A stretch of 64,000 nucleotides of DNA from Pseudogymnoascus verrucosus (Eukaryota), in NCBI GenBank assembly GCA_001662655.1, contig KV460252.1, one strand, 5' to 3'. The position numbers and the translations under genes are program-made. The notes below the pieces were generated by a model. It did no database searches. It saw nothing but the letters and a program-made list of their open reading frames with translations, and had not been told where the DNA came from. Shown piece after piece: positions 13,077-23,585 of this stretch; the first letter of the stretch is position 1; every line of letters starts with the position of its first letter.

Positions 13077-14612
13077 ATGGAGCGGTTATTGAAAGCCCTT
13101 CGCTCTCCAGGCGGTAGACGCGCAGTTGAGTGCACGGCACCGACACAAATGACAGTGCATGTCGAGGATGAAGGAGACAAGGCGGGCGAGATTTCCGTTG
13201 AAAACGACAATACCTATAATCTCACAACGAAGGCTGGACGCTTGGATCGGTGGCTCGATAAGGTCGTGGAATTCTCGGGCTCGGAGCCCATGTTTCTCAC
13301 CATCATCATCGCCCTCCTCGCCTGGGCATTCTTGGGGATTCGATTTGGACAGTTGACACAGTGGAAAGTCGCTATCTCTGACGCCCAGGCCATCCTTAAT
13401 ATGGTATTTGACGCCTTCCTCATGCGCCAGCAGCTGAATTCGTACGACTCGCTCATCGAAGTCTCAGCTTGCCTCAGATCTCGCACTACTAGCAACAAGA
13501 GAATGCTGCGGAGCCTGATCGAGAGCGGGAAATATGAGAAGGTCAATCCGATGCAATTTCACGAGCTGGAGCAGACAGAATTCGCATCAGAGCTCCCTGT
13601 GGAGAGCTTGCTAGGCCGAATATCCACTGCCTTCTCCACCTTCCTAGGCCACATCGCTACAGTGGTCGCTTTCTGGGTGTGTATCTTCATCTGGATTGGA
13701 TTTGGCCAGTACTGTGGCTGGTCCGACACATGGCAGTTATACATCAACTCGGCCACATCAGCATTGATGGTGTTAATGTTGGCATTCTTGGCAAACATTC
13801 GTGAGCGGCACAGCAAATACACTACGAAATGTCTCGAATCCATCTACGAGGTTGATGCTGCTCTTGAGCTTAGACTCCGAACCGCCTCCGGCGACACGAT
13901 TGAAAACGCGCCCGTCCACATCCCAGTTCCCGAGAGGAGCAGAATCCAACGCGCAATCGACTACTACGCGGATCTGGTTGGCACTCTTCTCGGGATCGTA
14001 ATCCTGGTCTTTGCACTGATCGTTTGGGTCGCGATTGGCCCGGCACTGTCCTTCAATTCAAACTGGTGGCTCCTCATCGGCACGTATGCCGGGCTGATAG
14101 GCATGAACGATGGGTTCGTGCTGCGCAATGTGCACAACGTGCTACATGGCTACGAAGATGCCCAGTTTGTCCAGGTGACATACGACGACATGGACATGCT
14201 TGCTGTGATTGGCGTCACGCAGCTCAATGAAGAGCGCGTCGCGGCCGACTCACTCACCTACCGAATCTCGGTCAAGATGGGTGATTTCTGCTCGCACGAA
14301 CTCACGGTCGTGTTGGGCGCCATCGTGATTCTAGGCCTGGTCATTGGCGCCAGTGCAATGGAATGGAGTGTTACTGGACAGCTGCTCTGTAATGTCCCGC
14401 CTAGTATCATCGAATCATTCTTCACGATGATCCTGATCACTGGTCACAATATCGGAGATGCTAAGAGGCGTGTCGACCTTCACAACATCTACCTGCGAAG
14501 GCTGAAAAGTATCACATATGTCAATACGCTGGCCAAGCCTGAGAAGCAGGAGAGGTTGTTACGCCCGCACGATCACACGGAACTTATGGAGGTCAAGATT
14601 GATTCGCTTTAG
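13077..14612 (+). CDS. FET4: Low-affinity Fe(II)/Zn transporter, Fet4 family
   Basis: Intronless 511-aa ORF with repeated Fet4 permease units: WKVAISDAQAI, WQLYINSATSALM, WWLLIGTYAGLIG, GQLLCNVPPSIIESFF. Confidence 0.9.
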   Translation: MERLLKALRSPGGRRAVECTAPTQMTVHVEDEGDKAGEISVENDNTYNLTTKAGRLDRWLDKVVEFSGSEPMFLTIIIALLAWAFLGIRFGQLTQWKVAISDAQAILNMVFDAFLMRQQLNSYDSLIEVSACLRSRTTSNKRMLRSLIESGKYEKVNPMQFHELEQTEFASELPVESLLGRISTAFSTFLGHIATVVAFWVCIFIWIGFGQYCGWSDTWQLYINSATSALMVLMLAFLANIRERHSKYTTKCLESIYEVDAALELRLRTASGDTIENAPVHIPVPERSRIQRAIDYYADLVGTLLGIVILVFALIVWVAIGPALSFNSNWWLLIGTYAGLIGMNDGFVLRNVHNVLHGYEDAQFVQVTYDDMDMLAVIGVTQLNEERVAADSLTYRISVKMGDFCSHELTVVLGAIVILGLVIGASAMEWSVTGQLLCNVPPSIIESFFTMILITGHNIGDAKRRVDLHNIYLRRLKSITYVNTLAKPEKQERLLRPHDHTELMEVKIDSL

Positions 14613-15009
14613 GTGAGGAAGAGCCACGAGAAGAGTAGAAAAGCAAAATTGAGTTGGATAGGGAGAGGAGCTGAAAATATGACGCCTTTGTTCAACACAA
14701 TGGTCGATTTAGCTTCAGTAGCCTCTAAAAGTTTTGTTGAATTACCTGATTTTTCGCGTTGATTTAAGTATTAGAAATCATGATTTTAAGTAGTTATTTT
14801 CCTTTTACAATACTATCATACTTAACCAGTCCCCTACTTCTAATGTTGCTGTTGTTTCGTACTTTAGTGTTGTTAATCAACCCCTCGAAAAAAAAATTGG
14901 ACACATCCCCCACACAGCCACGCAAATAACATTCATATCCATCAACTGCCTTCAGAAAAATTATAATTACTGCATTACCCAAACACCTATACCCGCTATT
15001 AAACTGCAC

Positions 15010-15147
15010 CCACCCCGCTACCCAACCTAGGTACCATCGCCATCCATATGCTTTTTGAGACTCCTTATACCCAGCCATCCACCCCGCTACCCAACCCAGG
15101 TACCATCGCCATCCATATGCTTTTTGAGACTCCTTATACCCAACCAT
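15010..15147. repeat. 69-bp tandem duplication (2 copies)
   Basis: CACCCCGCTACCCAACC(T/C)AGGTACCATCGCCATCCATATGCTTTTTGAGACTCCTTATACCC starts at both 15011 and 15080. Confidence 0.9.
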
Positions 15148-15243
15148 CTACCAACCTATTATACGCCCAACCGTGAGGTCGCCCTATACCCCCCAACCCA
15201 AGAATTAGCCAGCAATTAAACCTATAACCTCGCCGCTTCAAAA

Positions 15244-18200
15244 CTACCCAACACCACCACCCCCAGCCACACTCTCCATACCCCCCATCCCACCACCCAT
15301 CCCTATCCCCCCTCCCCCTCCCAAGCCCCCACCAATCCCCATCCCCATCCCCATCCCCATCCCCATCCCCATCCCCCCCTCCCCTCCCCCACTTCCAATC
15401 CCCAACCCCCCCAACCCCACCCCTCTCCCCCCCTTCCCAACCTTCTTAGCCCACCTCAGTCCACACCCATTACACAAATCCCTCTTCCCACTCGGCCCCC
15501 TCCTCCACTCCGGCGTCGTCTTCGCCTGACAATTCGCACAATCCCTCTCCCCCCCACCCCCCTGCCCCTTCCTCCTCTTCCTCTTCTTACGGAGAGACAA
15601 CAAGGCCGAGAGTTCAGTGGTGAGGGAGGCATTATGGCGCGTCAGGGACGTGAGTTCCGACTGCCACGACGTACACCTCGCAGGCAACAATTCCGTAATC
15701 AGCGGCGACTCCGGACGCCCAGACGCGTCCACCGCCGCAGCAGAACCATCCACTTGATTAGGCGTCCTCATCCCCGGCTTCACCAACCTCGTCAACGCAA
15801 TCAAAAACCCACACTTCCCCTTATTACCCTCCCCCGCATCTCCCGCAAACAAACTAGTAACAGCCATAACCCCCACCCCCCTCTTATTCCTAACCTCATG
15901 CCTCCACCCCCTCCCCCTCCCCACCAGGCACTCCTCAAACCCCACCCTCTGGTCCCCAGGCAAGAGGGCTTGGAAACTCGTCCCTACCAGCGAAGAGGGT
16001 GAGCGATCGAGAAGCGTGCGCACGGAGGTGGAGATGTAGAGGATTAACCCGGAGGTGGAGAGTTTACTCCAGATGTCGGAGTCGGTTAGGGTGCCTGAGG
16101 CGGAGATGGTGGTGTGTGAGAGGGTGTAGACGGGGCGTTCGCGGCTTGTTAGGAGGAGCGTTTTCGAGGAACTGCTGGGGTTGGGAGGGGAGGGGCGGAG
16201 GCGGCCGTGGGTTTCAAACCAGATGTAACCGCGGGTTGCGTGGCGGATGCGGAAGATGGTTGTTATCCCCCCCCCGCTGGTTGTGGCATCCTTAAGATCC
16301 CGCATCACGGACACGATATCGCTAGGATGGCAAACAGACGATAGAGCCGTCCCTACCAGCTCCTCAGGCGCATACCCGAGGATCCGCTGGCTGGAGGGGG
16401 AGAGGTAGAGGAAGTGCCCTGTGGGGGAGAGGATTTGTATCACATCGGGGCTAATCTCCAACAGAAGCGCGTCCCGGAGACCAGTGCCGTCGTAGTTCAG
16501 CCCCGCTTGGTAGGAGGTTAATATCGTCGAAACTTCCCCCGGGCTAAGCGTTACGCTGGTGTCGAGATGCGATGGGGTGGGAAGAGGAGCGCGGGGCGTG
16601 TAGCGAGGGAGGTGGTGCTGGGAATAATTGACCGAATAGGTCCCCGTTGTGCTTTTTGAGATGATGGCGGAGGGGTTGTCAACGAGGTCGATTTGGAATC
16701 CGACGTAGTATTTCACCTCCTCCGTGTCCCAGGTTATCGGCACCATAGTGAGGAGGTTCGTGAACGGCTGCCCCCCTTTCCGATAATTAATCAAACTGCA
16801 CTGTACCTCCTTTCTCTTTAACACCCCCCGTTTTAAGGCGTACACAGCAGCATCATCGACGTATTTCCTCTTCTCCCCCTTTTTGGACTTCCCGTCGGGA
16901 GACTGAAGGAATCGACAGTTCTTCATCCACACCTCGTTCTTGTTGTAGCCGGTCAGCCGCGAGAAGATTTCCGAGGCGTAGATTACGGGGTTATCGGGCA
17001 TGGTGGCGTCGCAGACCACGAAGGCGCAGGACATGTCGACGGAGCCGAGGTCGGTCTCGGGGTTGGTTCGGGAGGTGACTTTCATTAGTATGCCTTCTAT
17101 ATTGAAGCCGCTGCTGGAATTATGGTTCGTAAATGTGGTGTTTGTAGAGGAGCTCACTGGTCCGTTGAACGCCTCTGCGGTCGTCGTTAGAAGTAGAGGG
17201 GAGTATGTCTCCATATTAGGCATTTCGGGTGGTATTGATGAAATCGTAGGAATCGTAGGAATAGAAGTCGTTGTGTATAATGCTGGGCTTTGGGTCATGC
17301 CGGTGCTAAATTCGACATGGCTGTTGCGTCTTGATATATGGCTATTACGCCGGGACGTATTGTGGGATTCGACAAGAGTTATTTCGCTGCGTGAGCTGTG
17401 GCCCAATACTACACTCGATGTTCCACTGTTGACCTGTGATGCTGCGCTGAGTGCGAAGTCCGACGAAATAGTGTCCATAGACGGGCCTGAGAACGGCTGT
17501 GTGAAGCTATTCGGGTTGAAGATGATCGCTGGCTGGGTGTCTTGCATTTCGGGAAATGACATCATATCGCCCATCATATTCGTTGGCATTATTTGAGGAG
17601 CGATGGCCTGATAGGCAGTAGGAGACTCGATGGCGACGGAGGTTTGGGCCATAAGTGAGAAATTTGTCGGGTTTCCGGCCATATCCATATTCGTTCCCAT
17701 GTCCCCGTATACTCTCGACACATCTAGCTCCTGTACTGAAGGCCTCCTGCTGTGGACACTGATATCTACGTATCCATTTGACACATCTAGTTCTTGAACT
17801 GAAGGCCTCCTGCTGTGGACACTGATATCTCCGTATCCTCCTGGCACTTCGAGTTCATGTACTGAAGGTCTCCTGCTCTGGACACCAATGTCTCCATACC
17901 CTCTTGGCACTTCGAGTTCATGTACTGAAGGTCTCCTGCTCTGGACACCAATGTCTCCATACCCTCTTGGCACCTCCAGCCCTTGCATCGAAGGCCTCCT
18001 GCTTTGTGCAAGAAGATTTGCGTTTGGCGCAGTAGTAGTAAACTGGAAGTTATTGAGAGCCGCCTGACCCGAGCCGAACTCCATCATAGATCCTCTCCGG
18101 TTCTGAATAGGCGTATATATATCGTCCATATCACCTCCAAACTGCTGCATAGGCAAGCTCTGTCGCCGCAGAAGCTCCTTGCTATTCTGCCGCACAATAT

Positions 18201-18438
18201 CATCAAGCGTATCCCCTCCCCCCATCATATCCGGCATATTCGTCATATCCATAGCCTCGTTTTCGGATACCGGGCCCAGCATGGCCATCCCCATGGCCTG
18301 GCTTCCAATATCATTTCGTGGGTATCGCCGTTGAGCAGGCGGCGGCTGCTGTTGCTGTTGCTGTTGCTGCTGATGTTGCTGCTGATGTTGCTGCGACCGA
18401 TCCTCGCGAGTATATTGCGGCCCGAAGAATTCTTGCAT
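15244..18438 (-). CDS. wc-1: White collar-1-like blue-light receptor and GATA transcription factor (LOV-PAS-PAS-ZnF)
   Basis: PolyQ N-terminus, LOV motif NCRFLQ and NYRKGGQPF, two further PAS domains, a basic NLS (RKKRKRRK) and a C-X2-C-X18-C-X2-C finger (CANC..TTPEWRRGPSG..CNGC). Confidence 0.9.
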   Translation of the reverse strand: MQEFFGPQYTREDRSQQHQQQHQQQQQQQQQPPPAQRRYPRNDIGSQAMGMAMLGPVSENEAMDMTNMPDMMGGGDTLDDIVRQNSKELLRRQSLPMQQFGGDMDDIYTPIQNRRGSMMEFGSGQAALNNFQFTTTAPNANLLAQSRRPSMQGLEVPRGYGDIGVQSRRPSVHELEVPRGYGDIGVQSRRPSVHELEVPGGYGDISVHSRRPSVQELDVSNGYVDISVHSRRPSVQELDVSRVYGDMGTNMDMAGNPTNFSLMAQTSVAIESPTAYQAIAPQIMPTNMMGDMMSFPEMQDTQPAIIFNPNSFTQPFSGPSMDTISSDFALSAASQVNSGTSSVVLGHSSRSEITLVESHNTSRRNSHISRRNSHVEFSTGMTQSPALYTTTSIPTIPTISSIPPEMPNMETYSPLLLTTTAEAFNGPVSSSTNTTFTNHNSSSGFNIEGILMKVTSRTNPETDLGSVDMSCAFVVCDATMPDNPVIYASEIFSRLTGYNKNEVWMKNCRFLQSPDGKSKKGEKRKYVDDAAVYALKRGVLKRKEVQCSLINYRKGGQPFTNLLTMVPITWDTEEVKYYVGFQIDLVDNPSAIISKSTTGTYSVNYSQHHLPRYTPRAPLPTPSHLDTSVTLSPGEVSTILTSYQAGLNYDGTGLRDALLLEISPDVIQILSPTGHFLYLSPSSQRILGYAPEELVGTALSSVCHPSDIVSVMRDLKDATTSGGGITTIFRIRHATRGYIWFETHGRLRPSPPNPSSSSKTLLLTSRERPVYTLSHTTISASGTLTDSDIWSKLSTSGLILYISTSVRTLLDRSPSSLVGTSFQALLPGDQRVGFEECLVGRGRGWRHEVRNKRGVGVMAVTSLFAGDAGEGNKGKCGFLIALTRLVKPGMRTPNQVDGSAAAVDASGRPESPLITELLPARCTSWQSELTSLTRHNASLTTELSALLSLRKKRKRRKGQGGGGERDCANCQAKTTPEWRRGPSGKRDLCNGCGLRWAKKVGKGGRGVGLGGLGIGSGGGEGGMGMGMGMGMGMGIGGGLGGGGGIGMGGGMGGMESVAGGGGVG
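17700..18003 (-). repeat. 63-bp coding tandem repeat (about 5 copies) inside wc-1
   Basis: SRRPSVHELEVPRGYGDIGVQ-like 21-aa units with nearly identical DNA. Confidence 0.9.
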
Positions 18439-20059
18439 GGCGCTGCCAGTTGCCTCATAAGCCGGTCGTCGTCCTCGATACCGTGCGTATAGGTATCATG
18501 GATGCTTGCTCCAGCACGCGGTGTCCACTATCCGGGAAGAAGTCGAGCAGCAGCCTATACCGACGGTGATGATCCCCCACACCGCACGAGAGGCGCTGGA
18601 GCCCGGCTATATACCGCGCAAGCTGCAATGGGGGCAGGCAATATGACTCCCTCGGGGAAAGCGAGAGTTCTTCCCGAATCGAGGGCGTCGAGGAGGCCGT
18701 AACTAGAATGCAAGGCTGGAATTCGGGCAGCGCGTCGGGGAGCGGCGGAGAAGAAGACACAAACATAGAGTCTCTGCGTGGTCCCAGCGCGTCAGATACA
18801 GGGCAATGCATAGACGTGAGGAGCGTGTGTGTGTGTGTGCGTGTAGTCTGTCTATAGCGGGATTTTTCAAAAGAGCGGCGTGTGGGAGGATGATTAGAGT
18901 TGGTTCCGCGTGGAAGGTCTGCATTTATTCCATCATCATCATACTGCCGTTATCATACTCCACGAGAGGGCGCATATGCAAGGCAGCGAGTGTCTTGTTT
19001 CAAGAGGGATTCTTTGCGTTCTTTTCCTTGAGGGGGGGTTTTGTGGATTTTGGTCACATATGATAGAACAACAAAAGAGATGGGGCTCTGGGGAGGGGGG
19101 ATGGGGGTAGAACAGTAGAACGGCAGATCTCTCTGTTGGAGAGTTCCTCTAGTGCCCACATCGCCCATCCGGATCTAAACCGTAGATGCCCCGGCATATG
19201 GACTAGGACTCTCGGTACTCATCTGACATGTATCAGTACATCGGTGAATGAAAGGGCGGGGAAGATTGGGTAGGAGATGGAGGAGAGGGGAGGAGATTTC
19301 CTGGGGGGGTGGGAAGACAAGAAAGGGAGACGAGAGGGGAAATGAGAGACAGCAAGGAGTGTTCTAGCCTACCACAGGGGGTGTGTGGCACTGGTATTCC
19401 CTGTAATCCTCCAGTAGATTCCTAGTAGATTCCCGGTAGATTTGCACTGGATTCCCACTGGATTCCCTGCTGGATCTCCCGCTGGTTTTTCCAAAGAGTT
19501 CTCGGCCCAGGAGTCTGTTGCTTGGAAGTACCAGTACCAGACGTTGTGCTTGGGCTGCATGTACATTCTTTGTATACCCCTTGCACTTGATGTCTTATAT
19601 CAGATATCGCGCTTGGCCTTGGAGTTGCAGCCAGTAGAAGAAGCCGGAGAGTATGGTCTAGTGTTACTATATGGCTATCCCATAATACGGGTGTACCATA
19701 TAGTAAGCTGTATAAGGAGTAGTGGACTCGTACAGCATAAAGGGCTGGATGAGTAAATTAGTTAAAAGGGGACTGTATAACGAGCACATGCGAAAGATAC
19801 TGAAATTACTGGAGTAACCTGTGGTCTGGGATATCATATAACGAGCTGTCGAATTTGTTATAAGGGGTACTCTCACTAGGAGTACTCTCAGTTTCGTGTA
19901 TAGGGGGCTGTTGTGTTGCTATGTTATGAGTTTGTTGTATGTTGTAGTTTACGACGTGTAGGGTAACTCAGTAACTAGGTTGCAATGTTGTGTCTTACTG
20001 TATGTATTGTTTTGCATGTCTATAGCGTGTATAGTGTGTTATTCCGTATACTCTACTAA

Positions 20060-20154
20060 TAATAACACCTAATCAGTACTAATAACATTGTTAAGTATGG
20101 GTATACTGTAGTAGTAATAACACCTAATTAGTACTAATAACACTGTTAAGTATG
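20060..20154. repeat. 40-bp direct repeat pair in an AT-rich, TpA-rich intergenic tract
   Basis: TAATAACACCTAAT(C/T)AGTACTAATAACA(T/C)TGTTAAGTATG at 20060 and 20115, followed by TAGGTGGTA x3. Confidence 0.75.
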
Positions 20155-20645
20155 TTACGTAGGTGGTAAGTAGGTGGTAGCTAGGTGGTAGATTAGAGTG
20201 AGTACCAGCAGACATTAGAGACAGCAGGTACCTACTATTGTGGTTTAGTAGGCAGACACAGTATAATAAACCACTACAGTGACTTGGTTACTCTAGTTTC
20301 CAGCAGTCACTCTGTTACTCCAGTTACTCTAGTTACCACTAATCTAATCTACCGTAGTTACTCTGCTACCACTACAGTTCACGCCTGGAACATCCCGCAT
20401 CCGCTAGCTACGGCGGCGGAAATATACCAAAGTAACGACAGTACAGTAAGCTTTATCGATTTACGCTTTACTGGGAAAGAACTGCCTAAGCTTCACGTCA
20501 CGACATAACCTCCGTGTTATCCTCTGCGCGCCTTCATCTTCCCCCAAGCTTCAACTACCTCACTGTCGTCCTCTCTGAACAATAACCACGCGTCATTTAC
20601 CTGTGAAAAGCCACACAAGTCACTGGCTACGCCGCCTCTCTCACC

Positions 20646-22415
20646 ATGGGCTTCTCAGAGCGCTTCCTCCGCACCGAACAGAACGTTCAATTGAGGTGTG
20701 CAACCTTCTTCCCAGCTTCGAGACACCATGACTAACCTGACTCCATCAACAGTTACGAGCTCTCCCACCGCATCTACACAGCCGCGCCCTACCCCACCCC
20801 CGCACCTAATGGCTCCTCAATCGTCATCTGCGGCCACGACCAGGGCGTGCGCATCCTCTGGCGGGGTGGCCGCACCTTCAAGCCCGCCGCGGCACCAAAG
20901 GCCAACGGAAACGGGGCCTCAAACAATGCAGTCATGATTATTGACTCGGACGATGAGGCGCCTGCCGATGCCGAGGAGGAGGCAGAGTTCGAGGACGAAG
21001 AAGCCGAGACAGACCCGTCGCGCCCGTTTCCTCCGGTGCTACAGTATATTGATCTCGTGTTTGGCACCAGTGCGACGCACCTGGCGGTCTGTGCGGCCGT
21101 GCAAGATAGGATTGTCTTTGCTGCCACCTGTGGGGATAGCTCGGTTCGGCTTGTGTCGCTCCCGATAACGCCGCCGTCGCCCGAGAGGAAGGCAAAGAAC
21201 AAATCGAGGAAATGGGGCGAGACTGTCGTTGCTCTATCCGGATTCTCGACCCCTGCTGATGGGGTTGCTATGACATTCGTTAGAGAACAGGACGAAAAGG
21301 CCAAGTCGAGCGGTTATCTGCTTGTAGCCTCTCATTCGAGGGAAGTGACGGGCTTGCTGTTACTCCACAAAGTGCCAGTCTTGTCTGCGCAAAAAGGAGG
21401 GAAGACGACGGAGAAGCTGTCACTAGACCACACCGCACCGTTCCAGACGCAGTACCTGTCAACTCCAGCCTCAAGCCTCGACTTCAGCCACTCCTCAAAC
21501 AGCCTACTTCTCGCAGACAAGACAGGAGCAATCAGAATCTACTCCCCCTCCGTCTCCGACGGATCCTGGCTCCTAACCCTCCACACCGACTTCATCAAGT
21601 CCGACACCGCAAAATTCTCCTCCCGCAAAGCCATCCTCGACACCAAATGGGTCCTAGGCGGCAAAGCCGTCATGGTCCTCCTCTCCGACGGCGAATGGGG
21701 CGTATGGGACCTCGAAGGCTCCGCCCCCGGCGCATCCAGAGGAATCCTCGGCAGCCAGGGCATTAAGGGTGGCGCCCTAACCCCCTTCTCCATCTCCGGC
21801 TACATCGACGGACCCTCCATCAAATCAACATCCCGCCCCACAGCCTCAACTTCCAAATTCGCCCCCATGACCCCCGCTACCCGCCGCACCGTCGAGCCAG
21901 CCCTTCTAGGCGCACACAACCAATCCGCCACCGCGGGACTCATCTCCGCTCTACCTCTCCCGAAAACAACTACCACCAGCCCGGCAGATGAGCGTATCGC
22001 GTTCTGGATCGAGGAAGCGTACGCTGTCATCCCCTCCCTCCGCTCTTTCTGGGAAGCCCAGCATCGCCGTGGCGCGAACCTCTTCAGTGGCGCTTCGGGA
22101 ACCAAGATGCTCCGCATTGATGGCGTCAACCTCCGCGGCGAACGCTGCACCGGCCTCACGCAGAGCATAGTCGATGGCGCCACACCCGAGCTCATCATCG
22201 CAGCCGAGCACCGCCTCGTCATCGTAGCAGATCTCCCCGAGTCCGGCGGTGCACAAAGGCCCAGAGTACCAGCGCTAGAGAGCGGTGCAGGGCAGTTACA
22301 GATCGCAGCCGCGGGAAGGGATCTGGATATCACGGGCATTGATCAGATGCTGGATCGTATGGATGAAGATGCTGGATCGCCGCTGTATGCGAAGAGGAAG
22401 TCGATTCAGACTTGA
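20646..22415 (+). CDS. NUP37: Nucleoporin Nup37-like beta-propeller protein
   Basis: ATG 20646, intron 20696-20752. Reads YELSHRIY..PAPNGSSIVICGHDQGVRILWRGG and ILDTKWVLGGKAVMVLLSDGEWGVWD, resembling filamentous-fungal Nup37 as I recall it. Confidence 0.7.
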
Positions 22416-22919
22416 TACCTCCCCATCCGATTTGCGCAAGAAAAGTTAACGGTCGAGATTTGTTTTAGATACCCAATACAGCGATTTCCTGGACCCCCCT
22501 CGCCGTGACAACCCCATGCTACTCTTTCTTTCCCCTTCTCACTTCTCATTTCGGCCCCTCACAGCCCACCCACCCCTCCCTCCACCCACCACCTACCCCA
22601 TCCCCCCTCCCAATCACCCAACCCGCAAGGCAAGGTGGAGTACAAGGCAAGACCCATCCTTGAAACTCTGTATTCCATGCGGGACATCAACCTCGTGCAT
22701 TTCATGCACAAACGAGTAGCCAGCGCGCTGGAACCTATGTCCTCTACCTACGGTATGACGTGTGGAGGCGCGCTGTTGTCTAGGCAATTCTTCTATTCCC
22801 GCGAGGCAGGTGCAGGACGTTGGGCGTTTCTGTGAGCTGGGCGGGTTATAACGGTTGCTACATTTTTTGGGGATTATTTTGCGTGTCTATGAATTAATAA
22901 GATTTGTCTTGATTTTTAA

Positions 22920-23085
22920 TTTTATGAAGGTGGTTCATTTATATTTTGACTTGACTTTAATGAATGGTGTTCATTTATATCTTAACTTTAATCTAATGAA
23001 TGGTGTTCGTTTATATCTTGACTGTTCACTTATATCTTGACTTTACCTCAATGAAGGATGTTTATTTATATCTTGACAAGGATGT
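22920..23085. repeat. Degenerate AT-rich minisatellite, about 39-bp unit
   Basis: ATGAA(T/G)G..GTTCATTTATATCTT(G/A)AC recurs 4-5 times. Confidence 0.7.
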
Positions 23086-23585
23086 TATCATTTGAATCTC
23101 ACATCTTAGCTGACTCAACTAGCATACCTATCATAACAGACCATACTGCCTCTAATGAAATATACCACATCCACTTTCATCCCATCCATCACTGCCATTA
23201 ACGCATAGATCCACTTAACTCACTAGATAAGTACCGACTGACTGTAGTTGCAGCGCTACACCTACAAAGCACAGCACAGCAAGCAGAACAAAAACAGACT
23301 GACTGACAGACATTGAAACTGACAATATAAATCAAACAAAGACGCCAAAAGTGTGCGTCCGGTAGACAAGCAACAACCTTTCTTTTCCCAATTTCCCTTT
23401 CCAACCCCGGTAACCAGCCGCCAAAATTTCCAGTTTCCATTTCCAAAAAAAAGCAAATCCAAAGCAACACCATCCAGAATAAAAACAACAACACACATAG
23501 CGCATCGTATCGTATCGTACACCAAACCCGCGAGCAAGGCAGGCAGGAGAAGTAAAGTCAAAAAGTCACCGAGAAAACCAAGCAA

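Noticed and set aside
14794..15147. 117-aa ORF with a repeated Trp-rich segment
   Set aside because: It is a by-product of the 69-bp duplication.
18455..18811. 118-aa ORF just upstream of wc-1 as a possible uORF
   Set aside because: The transcription start is unknown and an ORF this size can arise by chance in GC-rich DNA.
22516..22835. Short ORFs downstream of the Nup37-like gene
   Set aside because: There is no recognisable domain and I could not build a coherent gene model.
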